Shown in pieces: positions 30,423 through 38,872 of a stretch of 57,000 nucleotides of DNA. Positions within the stretch are counted from its first letter, which is position 1, and every line of letters begins with the position of its first letter. The translations under genes were made by a program, and so were the position numbers. Source of the stretch: a virus (Duplodnaviria; Caudoviricetes); the IMG/VR virus record IMGVR_UViG_3300027792_000021, positions 1-57,000 of that record. One strand, written 5' to 3'. Under the pieces are notes generated by a model, which did no database searches, was not told where the DNA came from, and worked only from the letters and a program-made list of their open reading frames with translations.

Positions 30423-30451
30423 ACAATAAGGACACTTTATACTTTTGTCAA
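30423..30451 (-). promoter_or_regulatory. Sigma70-type promoter upstream of portal
   Basis: TTGACA-17-TATTGT. Confidence 0.6.
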
Positions 30452-30522
30452 GTATTTTTAATGGAACTTGTATTTCATATATCTTTTTACATTCCAAACA
30501 ATAGTATTCATAAAGTGGCATG

Positions 30523-32352
30523 TTATATCCTTATTGACCTCCTCCCATGAAAATATTTCGGTGGTTGTTTTGTAACTTGTTTATAAGATGATACTGGTGG
30601 TTTTACCCTTTCGTCTTTAAATATAGCTTCTAATGCAGTACAAAAATGACTCCATTTCTGCGTAGGTGTTTCTTTTCTGTCTTTGTTTATATTAGATGCA
30701 CTTGCAGTGTAGCTTTCAAGTCTCCATTGCTTTAGACTTCTTGCTGTTTCAGGACATCTGTTTGAAATCCATAGAGTAGGCAAATATCTTTTAACACCAT
30801 CTTTTTCCACTACATTATTAAATGGTTTATTGCGCTCTTTTGCGTATTTAAGACGTTCCCTTACTACTTCACGTCCCCTTATGCCCTTAGTATCCCACGT
30901 TTCCCAATAACCTCCGGTACATATTCCGTTTCTCTTCAGTTCAATAAACAAATCATTAAGGTCATCAAGTGTTGACGTAGCAGTATTTGTCTGAGTCGTT
31001 GCCGCCAGAGCATCAATAAGATTCAGCTTAAAACTGTAATTACCACTAAGTATGGCTATTTCATTTGAAATCATCCTCGTAGTCATTTTTTCAGGATCAG
31101 GGGACCATTCATGCCATATAAACGCCTCGTTCCAAGGACTTAAAGACATCCATAAACAGGCCCACTTGTTATGAGAATGGTAATCTATCATCCTGTAATG
31201 ATTCCACTCATGGAACATGCCGTCTGGAAAATACTTGTCGAAATCGATATAATGTATTCTGTAGTCAAAATTCTTGAAAATACGGCCTGAAACCTGCTTA
31301 TGTATGCCGTAACACCTCGTCGCAAAGACATCAGGGTCATCTATTGACGAAAACATCTCTTCTATAACCTGCGCTCCAAGAGTAGGGTTGTCATAAGTCG
31401 ATGCCTGCAACACACCTATAGAATTAGGACTGTCCGTAATTTCAACAAGATCATACTTCTTTGTCTTGTCAGTACTGTTGAGAAATTCACATACCTTTGG
31501 GGTCCTGTAATATATCTGAGCTTTCTCAAATACGTCATCAAACGTCCATGACATCTGATGCGCCGGAGTAAGACCTATCAGCAAATCACCATCTTCAGCA
31601 ATAAGCCTTGGCAACTGTTCATCACAAAAGTCTTTAGGGCTTTCTTCATCAAGGAAAATGCTCATTCTCTGGATACCAGCAGTGGATTGGATAGACTGAT
31701 TGTATGACACAAAATCAAAAATTATGTCATCGCTGGTATTCTTTGTGCCGTTTAATTCAAGTCCTTTCAAGGGATCAACAACAATAAGGGCTGGATTTCT
31801 GAAAGTTATATCTCTTCTAATCAAAAAGGGCGGCAGCCACCTCTTTAATTCAGGATATACAGTGTTTTTTGTTTCTGCGCTTATAGTAGAATTTTCCGAG
31901 GCAGATTCTTTATCCCCCGGCAAAGTTTCAGCACACAGTCTTATTTTCTTTGAATTGCGCTGGTGGATAACAACAGGCTTGCCGCAGAATGGACACTTGC
32001 CATCTTTAGGCACAGTATCAACATTCCATGTGCCACGCTCCCATCCTTGGACAATTACACCACTGTCTTTGAACTTATAACAACCATGAGGAGCAAGGTT
32101 ATCTTTGTTTCTGGAACTGCACTCGAAGTAAACTACATTCTTTTTGGGAACAGGGTGACGACCAAAACATCTCAGAACATACTGAAAACAGATAGAACTC
32201 GTTTTCATCGCCTGGTTCCCCGTGAACAAGGCTACAATTCTTTGGGGCATCCGTAAAAACTTCTGCAACTGCCATGTAGTCTTAAAATCTACCAGTATGG
32301 CAGATAAATCATTAAGTTGCTGTATGTCTTTTACATTGTCGCTTGTTTTCAT
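30523..32352 (-). CDS. terL: Terminase large subunit
   Basis: Walker A-like GNQAMKT, Walker B IFLDEE, LTP coupling motif, DNP, nuclease MIDY; upstream of portal. Confidence 0.88.
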   Translation of the reverse strand: MKTSDNVKDIQQLNDLSAILVDFKTTWQLQKFLRMPQRIVALFTGNQAMKTSSICFQYVLRCFGRHPVPKKNVVYFECSSRNKDNLAPHGCYKFKDSGVIVQGWERGTWNVDTVPKDGKCPFCGKPVVIHQRNSKKIRLCAETLPGDKESASENSTISAETKNTVYPELKRWLPPFLIRRDITFRNPALIVVDPLKGLELNGTKNTSDDIIFDFVSYNQSIQSTAGIQRMSIFLDEESPKDFCDEQLPRLIAEDGDLLIGLTPAHQMSWTFDDVFEKAQIYYRTPKVCEFLNSTDKTKKYDLVEITDSPNSIGVLQASTYDNPTLGAQVIEEMFSSIDDPDVFATRCYGIHKQVSGRIFKNFDYRIHYIDFDKYFPDGMFHEWNHYRMIDYHSHNKWACLWMSLSPWNEAFIWHEWSPDPEKMTTRMISNEIAILSGNYSFKLNLIDALAATTQTNTATSTLDDLNDLFIELKRNGICTGGYWETWDTKGIRGREVVRERLKYAKERNKPFNNVVEKDGVKRYLPTLWISNRCPETARSLKQWRLESYTASASNINKDRKETPTQKWSHFCTALEAIFKDERVKPPVSSYKQVTKQPPKYFHGRRSIRI

Positions 32353-32442
32353 TCACTTCCATAGTATCTGATTCTTTTTCCAAGTCAAGCTCTGTAAAAT
32401 ATCTTGTATCTATATATACTCTTATTTTCTCCTTAGAACCTG

Positions 32443-32589
32443 TTACTTCTTTTTCTTTTTCCATCCACCACCCTTCTTTTTAACATAACCTGTTGATTCA
32501 GAACAAACAGCATAAGGGTTAACCTTTTTTTTGTTCTTCTTATTCTTAGCCTTAACCTTTTTTACACAACGATCAAGTTTCTTCGGCAT
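32443..32589 (-). CDS. Very basic 48-aa protein (not in ORF track)
   Basis: MPKKLDRCVKKVKAKNKKNKKKVNPYAVCSESTGYVKKKGGGWKKKKK; GGAGG RBS. Confidence 0.7.
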   Translation of the reverse strand: MPKKLDRCVKKVKAKNKKNKKKVNPYAVCSESTGYVKKKGGGWKKKKK

Positions 32590-32709
32590 AACAAGCCTCC
32601 ATGTTACAGCATCACCCCCTCTTTATCTCAGTCTAACCACTTGGAACAACGTCAAGACCAGGAATAACAGGAACGTACTCATAACCTTGACCACCAGGCA
32701 TCACCTCCT

Positions 32710-32910
32710 TTACACTACCTCCGCTCTGAAATGGCTGAACTTGTTCCCCTTCTCAAAGCACCATGCCACATCAACAATTTCCCATAACTTGCCGTGTCTT
32801 GATAACTGGTGTCTATCACCTACCCTCGGCTCATAGAAAGTATCTATCTCCGGTGGAGTAGCCCAGTTGAAGTTATTGGCAGTCTTCTGTTTGTAGAATT
32901 TAATCTTCAT
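32710..32910 (-). CDS. Hypothetical protein
   Basis: Coupled ORF in operon. Confidence 0.55.
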   Translation of the reverse strand: MKIKFYKQKTANNFNWATPPEIDTFYEPRVGDRHQLSRHGKLWEIVDVAWCFEKGNKFSHFRAEVV

Positions 32911-33235
32911 GTTTCTCTTTTAGTGCCCCAGCAATCAAATTACCGAATGCCTCAAAGAATAACTTTGCTGATTCATCAACAGGAAGTTCCCCACTGTAAG
33001 AGACTTTGCCATCCTTACCAAAATCAATTATAGCTTCTCTGCCATCAGGATGCGTAAAAGTAATAGCATGACTTGAAGAAATTGATTGTATTTCATAATC
33101 AAAAACTTTATTATCAGATTTAGTCACATAAAGAGATTGACTGTCTTCCAATACCAGATCGTCATTCCCCCAAACAGATGAACAACTTAAAAAGACAACC
33201 ATACCAAATACTAACACCATCAGTAAATTACTCAT
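32900..33235 (-). CDS. Hypothetical exported/membrane protein
   Basis: Hydrophobic N-terminus with FLSC; GGAGG RBS. Confidence 0.6.
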   Translation of the reverse strand: MSNLLMVLVFGMVVFLSCSSVWGNDDLVLEDSQSLYVTKSDNKVFDYEIQSISSSHAITFTHPDGREAIIDFGKDGKVSYSGELPVDESAKLFFEAFGNLIAGALKEKHED

Positions 33236-33473
33236 CAGACCCCTCCCGTTTTAGTGTATATTCTTCGCCATCTATAAAAATATTGATTTTAAGCTTATGA
33301 TCCGGGCAAACATAGTATTCTCTATTATCAATAATAAACTTGTTCCAGACATAGCTTAGCACATTAACGACAGGCAATAAATCCCCATCATGTATACTTG
33401 TATACTCACAAATTGTTTTAAGCTCTCTGCATTTACAGCAATAACATTGTGTAATAAGAGTACGCTCTACCAT
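33228..33473 (-). CDS. Hypothetical Cys-containing protein
   Basis: CYCCKC...CPDH; RBS. Confidence 0.55.
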   Translation of the reverse strand: MVERTLITQCYCCKCRELKTICEYTSIHDGDLLPVVNVLSYVWNKFIIDNREYYVCPDHKLKINIFIDGEEYTLKREGSDE

Positions 33474-33500
33474 CAGACTTTTTCCCTCTTCTGTGTTCTT

Positions 33501-33671
33501 TCAAACCTCTATAAGCCCAGGCACACTCTTGTGGCATACAAACCATCGTACCGAACCATCAGACATTCTTTGCTCCACCTGCATTACTTTATCAGGTTCA
33601 TAGCCATATTTGGCAATAAACGCTCGCAAGATTTCTTCCCGCTGATCCATAACTTCATCTATTGTCTTCAT
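33501..33671 (-). CDS. Hypothetical protein
   Basis: ORF in small-gene cluster; start uncertain (33671 or 33698). Confidence 0.5.
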   Translation of the reverse strand: MKTIDEVMDQREEILRAFIAKYGYEPDKVMQVEQRMSDGSVRWFVCHKSVPGLIEV

Positions 33672-33697
33672 ACTTATTCCCAAATCATATACTATCA

Positions 33698-33883
33698 TTA
33701 GACCCCTCCCTTAGATGCTTCATCAATTTCATTAAGTATTTCCAAAAACTCTTGCCATTCGGTTTGAGTTGATTCTTCATTTTCCTCTTCAGTACCCAAG
33801 TACCCAAACCATACATCACCCATACAATGAAAATTGCTCCAGAATGCTTGTTTAATTTGAGCCAATGTATAAGTTCTTTCCAT
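33698..33883 (-). CDS. Acidic hypothetical protein
   Basis: GGGAGG RBS. Confidence 0.6.
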   Translation of the reverse strand: MERTYTLAQIKQAFWSNFHCMGDVWFGYLGTEEENEESTQTEWQEFLEILNEIDEASKGGV

Positions 33884-34125
33884 CAGGTCCCTCCCGTCTT
33901 AACTCGTTTAAATATGCCTCAGTCCTTACTGCCATACCACAATTAACCATTTTACCTATTACCCTCCTTAAAAAATAATTCATAATATCTTCACTTTTCT
34001 CTTGACAGCTTTAAATTCTCATGGTACTTAACTTCGTTAAGGCGCCCGGAGCTATTTCGTTTATCCCCTTAAACTGCACGGAACCTTAAATTCAAAAGCG
34101 AAGCAGACTCTCAGCAAAAACTGAA

Positions 34126-34407
34126 TCATATCAAACACTTAACTATCTTGACCTTACGTAAGTGCTTAGGATTACAACACAATTTATTTCCACATGTCTC
34201 AACTACACGCTCATGACCATAGACCGGTTCAGGACCGAAGACTATCATAACCGATCTTTGAGCAGGGAACTTTTGATGTCCACCCGGATAGACGCAGTTG
34301 AAGACACCTTGACCTTTCTCATCCACCTCACCCTGCCATAACCAACACTCATCAGGCTCGGTGGTGGATAAGAACTCAGCCATATCCTTCCTCAATAACT
34401 TTTTCAT
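34126..34407 (-). CDS. HNH-endonuclease-like protein (His-Cys type, possibly degenerate)
   Basis: ECWLWQG...G.G.F...AQR...ETCGNKLCCNPKHL; the usual catalytic His (H.CD) is replaced. Confidence 0.72.
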   Translation of the reverse strand: MKKLLRKDMAEFLSTTEPDECWLWQGEVDEKGQGVFNCVYPGGHQKFPAQRSVMIVFGPEPVYGHERVVETCGNKLCCNPKHLRKVKIVKCLI

Positions 34408-34414
34408 ACCTGTA

Positions 34415-34443
34415 TTTATATACCTTACTTGTTACTTTGTCAA
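34415..34443 (-). promoter_or_regulatory. Sigma70-type promoter, likely leaderless mRNA
   Basis: TTGACA-17-TATAAA-7nt-ATG. Confidence 0.7.
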
Positions 34444-34746
34444 TATATATTACGTTAATACGAGTAAATATATGTGTGTATGTGTGTAGATAGAGATAAA
34501 TGAAATGAATGAGCGTGTGTGAGTAAAGAATAAATAAAATAAGTGTATGTGTGTAGGTAGGGAAGGTAATCTACTCTCTGAGCGGATAGCCAAAAACCGG
34601 TCCCCTCCCCACTACCCTTATCTGGATCTCATAACTAATGTACGTTACACGACTCAGGTGATGTAATGATAACAAGTACTTAGGTGATATGAGATATTAT
34701 GGATAACTTGGCAGGTCCTGATACTCAATAGATACGTGGTATCGTG

Positions 34747-35280
34747 CTACTCGTCATCAGATTCATCTGTTACGTCTATTACATCATGATCCTGTAGTTG
34801 AGTAGAAAATCCCTTAAGAGCTTGAGATACCGCAGGGGATAAAAAGACAGTAGATTGGGAGGATAGGAACAATTGTTGAAGTACTATTGAAGCTTGTGCA
34901 GGTAGAATGCCTGCCATTTTTAATACTCTCTCCTCAACTTTATCGGCCAGTTGTAATGTTATTGCGTTATCTACACCTGGGATAACTTGGCCCTTGGAAT
35001 ACTTGGCATCTCCTGGGTTAGTAGCTGAGGCTATCAGGTCTTTCCCTATCCTGATCTTAGTCAACTGGTTTTCGATTGCTTTATCCACACCCTCATTAAT
35101 TAGGCGTAGCTGGGCTGCTTTGATCTGGTCTTTAACTCTTGCGGCCAGATGTGACACTGTGGGCTGTGATATGCCGTATCTCTTGGCCAGGGACAGTTGA
35201 GTCTCACCGGTGGACAGAGATGCTATTAGATCCTCTTGCGGTATGGTGTATTTCTGTTTTGGTTTCGGTTGTCGTCCCAT
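34747..35280 (-). CDS. terS: Terminase small subunit (HTH)
   Basis: TQLSLAKRYGISQPTVS HTH; acidic DVIDV tail; upstream of terL. Confidence 0.65.
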   Translation of the reverse strand: MGRQPKPKQKYTIPQEDLIASLSTGETQLSLAKRYGISQPTVSHLAARVKDQIKAAQLRLINEGVDKAIENQLTKIRIGKDLIASATNPGDAKYSKGQVIPGVDNAITLQLADKVEERVLKMAGILPAQASIVLQQLFLSSQSTVFLSPAVSQALKGFSTQLQDHDVIDVTDESDDE

Positions 35281-35287
35281 ATCCTTA

Positions 35288-35316
35288 TATATAGACCATG
35301 ATTATCAGTTTGTCAA
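35288..35316 (-). promoter_or_regulatory. Sigma70-type promoter for terS, likely leaderless
   Basis: TTGACA-17-TATATA-7nt-ATG. Confidence 0.65.
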
Positions 35317-35394
35317 TTCAAAAGATTTATCCCTTGTCATTACAAGCACTTGTCATTTATTTTAAATTATTTTTAAAATATCTCTAAATAAGTG

Positions 35395-35423
35395 TTGACA
35401 AAGTAAATAGATATTGGTATAAA
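35395..35423 (+). promoter_or_regulatory. Strong early promoter
   Basis: TTGACA-17-TATAAA with extended -10 TG and AT-rich UP region. Confidence 0.8.
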
Positions 35424-35608
35424 GGAATCAACAACACAATGAGCTGGGTAAGGCCAGACCAACCACGCAATCGCCTCTGTGACTGACAAAGAATATCAGG
35501 GGAAACAAGGGATGAGCACACAGACTGGAAAGGATTAATTATTAGCACGAAAGCTCATCCTATATATAGAGCTTTGGTTTTAACAATTAATCAAGGGAGA
35601 AATAAAAA

Positions 35609-35776
35609 ATGACTACTAAAACAAGACAAGAAATTATGGAAAGTCCGTCAGTCCATTTTTTAACAAAAGACGTACTTAAATTAACCGAACATAAAGACAT
35701 AGTAGACCGTTACTATGATGTTCGCTTGGCCTTAGAAATCCTTAAGGCCGAGATGGATGGAAAATTAGGGCTTTAA
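35609..35776 (+). CDS. 55-aa early protein (not in ORF track)
   Basis: AAGGGAGA RBS; MTTKTRQEIMESPSVHFLTKDVLK... Confidence 0.7.
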   Translation: MTTKTRQEIMESPSVHFLTKDVLKLTEHKDIVDRYYDVRLALEILKAEMDGKLGL

Positions 35777-35820
35777 TAAACTATCAAACAGTCCTGGGAA
35801 ACCAGGGCAAGGGGGGAAAA

Positions 35821-36021
35821 TTGAAAGTAGAATTGTGGGTTAACGAAAAAAATGAGCAGATAGCATACCAATTACTTGCATCTGCAATTAGTAAGAAAAA
35901 TAAAAAGAAGATTCGCCCGTATTTTGAACTATATACGGAAGACGGCGATATAATGCGGGTTGAAGACCATGATCTGCAAAATGACCTTTGGCACGATATT
36001 GCAAGCCAAGAATACGATTAA
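35821..36021 (+). CDS. Small early protein
   Basis: TTG start with G-rich RBS. Confidence 0.6.
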   Translation: MKVELWVNEKNEQIAYQLLASAISKKNKKKIRPYFELYTEDGDIMRVEDHDLQNDLWHDIASQEYD

Positions 36022-36056
36022 CAACAAGCCCTGAGAAATCAGGGCAAGGGGGAAAT

Positions 36057-36302
36057 ATGGCTAAAATAACAGTGTATTCACGAGGACTTGGAAGAGCAAT
36101 CACGCTGAAAGAAGGCATCACGATGGAGCGGTGCCTGCAAAGCATCCCCGATGCAGTTAAGGTAAAAAAGCCGTCCACTGCTACGATGGAAAAGTGGTGC
36201 GACGAAGGCGGGTGTAAAGCCATTGATGGATGCTGGGTAGAACCGGACGGAACTTGTAAACATGGATACCCTTCATGGCTATCTGCCCTTGGATATATTT
36301 AA
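36057..36302 (+). CDS. Small Cys/His early protein
   Basis: C...DGCWVEPDGTCKHG.PSWL motif; RBS before ATG 36057. Confidence 0.7.
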   Translation: MAKITVYSRGLGRAITLKEGITMERCLQSIPDAVKVKKPSTATMEKWCDEGGCKAIDGCWVEPDGTCKHGYPSWLSALGYI

Positions 36303-36383
36303 TCTGTTTCAGTCTCAGTTCAGGGCTCTGGTCCTGGACTGGAGCGGAGATAGAATACACTAAAGGAAAAGGAGAAATAAGTA

Positions 36384-36581
36384 ATGAACCTTACAACGCT
36401 CAAAAACAAGGTAAGAACCGGAAAGGTGCGACAACTGCATACTGCCTTGGCAAATGAATACGTCTCACGCAAGGCAGGACCATACGTCCGGGAATATCAA
36501 GGACGTTACGGCAAGGGCTTTGCGCTACTATCGCCTAATCGACACAGTAATAATTTTAGTTTTATAACTTATTTCATATAG
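36384..36581 (+). CDS. Small basic early protein
   Basis: AAGGAG RBS; YVSRK...Y.GRYGKG. Confidence 0.7.
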   Translation: MNLTTLKNKVRTGKVRQLHTALANEYVSRKAGPYVREYQGRYGKGFALLSPNRHSNNFSFITYFI

Positions 36582-36625
36582 TGAGTCGGTTACAAAATGT
36601 AACCGATTGAAAAGGAGAAAAAGAG

Positions 36626-36898
36626 ATGAAAAACCTTAGAGACATTAAAGATCGATTTCACACTGAACTCAAGCAATGGTTCAAAAAACAAACCGAAAAC
36701 ATTTACGAAAATTATTACCTGTATTACTTGCCGGCAACATCCCAACATGATGGTGGCATAATCATTGCCAAGGATAAACCGGCCAATCCCGAATACCAAT
36801 TAGCAACAGGGCAATCAATCCGCAAAGATTGTACGATAGAGCAAAACATGATTGTGTTTAGCGATATTTTAAACAGATTGCCAGTATTATCAGACTAA
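36626..36898 (+). CDS. Small early protein
   Basis: AAGGAG RBS. Confidence 0.7.
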   Translation: MKNLRDIKDRFHTELKQWFKKQTENIYENYYLYYLPATSQHDGGIIIAKDKPANPEYQLATGQSIRKDCTIEQNMIVFSDILNRLPVLSD

Positions 36899-36942
36899 TT
36901 CCAACGCCCTGAGCATGGCACTAAAAGGCTCGGAGGATAACT

Positions 36943-37125
36943 ATGGGAAAAATTAAATATACAATCTGGGGAATCCCCTGGAAAGGGGAAAAAGAAGAGT
37001 TGTTTTGTGATAAAACGTGGTGGGGTGAAGACATCACAAATTTAACACAGGCCAAATCGTTAATGATTTATTATACAATTACCAGAGGAAGCACTAAGGT
37101 CAGAATAAAGGAGGAGCCATGTTAA
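36943..37125 (+). CDS. Small early protein
   Basis: GGAGG RBS. Confidence 0.65.
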   Translation: MGKIKYTIWGIPWKGEKEELFCDKTWWGEDITNLTQAKSLMIYYTITRGSTKVRIKEEPC

Positions 37126-37460
37126 AAGCTGTTGACCAAGCCAGAAGCTTGAGAAACTTGCAATCAAGGGCAAGGGTACGCAACAAGGAGCTTGCCAAGT
37201 TAACCGGCCTTGCTGAATCGACTATATTTGCTTATCGATCAGGCCGTCTCAAAGTCCCTGACCATGTTCTGGACCTGCTGAGCGAGAGGGCAAGACGATA
37301 CAAAAAACCCTATACTGAGCAACAAGGAAATATATATCTTGTTGCACAAATCCAAGCCTATATCCATGACCTTGTATCATGGGCAGGGCCGGAGTACGTC
37401 ACTGAGGAAATATTGCCTGAAATAGACCAAATCAGGCGATATGCGAACAGGAGGATATGA
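37119..37460 (+). CDS. XRE-type HTH regulator (Aca-like position)
   Basis: NKELAKLTGLAESTIFAYRSG HTH. Confidence 0.75.
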   Translation: MLKAVDQARSLRNLQSRARVRNKELAKLTGLAESTIFAYRSGRLKVPDHVLDLLSERARRYKKPYTEQQGNIYLVAQIQAYIHDLVSWAGPEYVTEEILPEIDQIRRYANRRI

Positions 37461-37464
37461 TACT

Positions 37465-37635
37465 ATGAACACCAGAACTTGTGCGGTATGCGGAAAAATC
37501 AAACCAATTAATCAATTTGGCAATGGCATAAAAAGCTCTAAGAATACCTGTCTTGAGTGTGTAAAAAAAGCACACAACAGGGATAAGCCGCCTAAAGTTG
37601 ATCCAATTATGGAATATCTAAAGGAGTTAAACTAA
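37465..37635 (+). CDS. Small Zn-finger protein
   Basis: CAVC...CLEC; GGAGG RBS. Confidence 0.55.
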   Translation: MNTRTCAVCGKIKPINQFGNGIKSSKNTCLECVKKAHNRDKPPKVDPIMEYLKELN

Positions 37636-37636
37636 T

Positions 37637-37813
37637 ATGATAAGTCTATTTCGTATATGTGGAATTTTATTAGGCTTTTCCTTTATGACACTGGCCCTAT
37701 TCTGGGGTCAGGACTTTGATGCTAATAGTGGATTACTCATGGCTGGAGGTGCCATGATCGTGGCAGGGAGCCTGATAAAGATAATCGAAAAAGTTGACAA
37801 TGAAGAAAATTAA
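37637..37813 (+). CDS. 58-aa two-TM membrane protein (not in ORF track)
   Basis: AAGGAG RBS; MISLFRICGILLGFSFMTLALFWG...LLMAGGAMIVAGSLIKII. Confidence 0.6.
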   Translation: MISLFRICGILLGFSFMTLALFWGQDFDANSGLLMAGGAMIVAGSLIKIIEKVDNEEN

Positions 37814-37828
37814 TACTATATATAAAAT

Positions 37829-37972
37829 ATATATACGGGGACTGTGACATCGTACAGGGTTGGTACTGATCGCGACAGTTTACGATGTTTACCGGAAAAT
37901 CCAACTTTATCCCGTTTATAGCATAGGCGGATGACCCCTTGTTTGCTGATACAAATGAGGGGTCTATTATTT
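37829..37972 (+). ncRNA. Candidate structured small RNA
   Basis: TTGACA-17-TATATA at 37794-37822; nested stems; terminal hairpin 37933-37964 plus T-rich tail. Confidence 0.45.
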
Positions 37973-38175
37973 TAGTTACTTGCCATTCCATCCATCGGAC
38001 GCCCTTTGCTCTCCCATAATTTTACAGCATTTTCAAGTGCTTCATGTGGTGTTTTTGCATCTGCCCAAAAATTACCACAAGCGTTTACATGTGCTCGCCA
38101 CATATCACCACGCATATAAATTGACGGATAACACCCATAAAATTTAAGCCATTTCATCCTTTTATTTAGTTCCAT
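37972..38175 (-). CDS. Hypothetical protein
   Basis: MELNKRMKW... with AAGGA RBS. Confidence 0.55.
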   Translation of the reverse strand: MELNKRMKWLKFYGCYPSIYMRGDMWRAHVNACGNFWADAKTPHEALENAVKLWESKGRPMDGMASN

Positions 38176-38230
38176 AGATAATTTTCCTTTTTTAGTTGAC
38201 AAGAAAGAAAATAGTATATAGACTATATTT

Positions 38231-38290
38231 ACTTTCTTCTCCCTTTCCTCCTTAGCCCCTCGTGCTGTAAAGCAGGGGGGCTTTCTTTTT
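38231..38290 (+). ncRNA. Candidate ~60-nt CU-rich (anti-SD) sRNA
   Basis: TTGACA(38196)-17-TAGACT; CTTCTCCCTTTCCTCCTT; GC hairpin plus T-run. Confidence 0.6.
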
Positions 38291-38403
38291 GTCCTCAATA
38301 ATACTTTTTGCATTCATCGATTAAAGACAAAGCCTTATCAGGTCGATAATTCCTAATTGCATCTTCAATTTGGTCTAAGTCATGGCGAATCTCTTCACCA
38401 TAA

Positions 38404-38652
38404 TTAAGATACAATTTTACAGGCCCATTGCCAATTAAGTTCAAACATAATCGCTATTAACGATCCAAATAAAAAAATTACAAGTAAAAACAGTGATCCC
38501 AATATCCATATTGGCATCTTTTCTTTAGGTTCATTCCAAAATTCGTACATCTTGGGAATCTTAATTAATCCTTTTCCCAAAAAATAAGGAATAAAAATAA
38601 ATGCAAGTATCTCAGCAACTTTCAAACCTACAAATACCAATACTGTTTCCAT
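38404..38652 (-). CDS. Two-TM membrane protein
   Basis: Two hydrophobic segments; AGGAGG RBS. Confidence 0.65.
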   Translation of the reverse strand: METVLVFVGLKVAEILAFIFIPYFLGKGLIKIPKMYEFWNEPKEKMPIWILGSLFLLVIFLFGSLIAIMFELNWQWACKIVS

Positions 38653-38872
38653 TTCAAATTACCTCCTAAATTTGCGTTTTAAGACGTTCTTATCCCAAAT
38701 GTGACCCAACCTACTCATTTTGAATTTCATCGTCTTCTATGCCTGTTTTTGTTTGAATGTGACTATACTGACGAACCTTTTCTATGGGCACTTTCGTCTT
38801 TTAAAACTTTTCTGTCCCAAAACATGACACAACACACGTTCCCATGTGTGAGAATTGAATCCTGATGAGTTT

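Noticed and set aside
30523-32352. Intein in TerL
   Set aside because: No recognisable splice-junction or LAGLIDADG motifs; the insertion is short and Cys-rich
808-32836. Plus-strand ORFs in the ORF track overlapping the structural genes
   Set aside because: Antisense shadows of long minus-strand genes, without RBS or motifs
37944-37950. TGCTGAT in the sRNA terminal hairpin matching the attenuator leader at 43569-43575
   Set aside because: A 7-nt match is expected by chance in 55 kb; not enough to link the two elements
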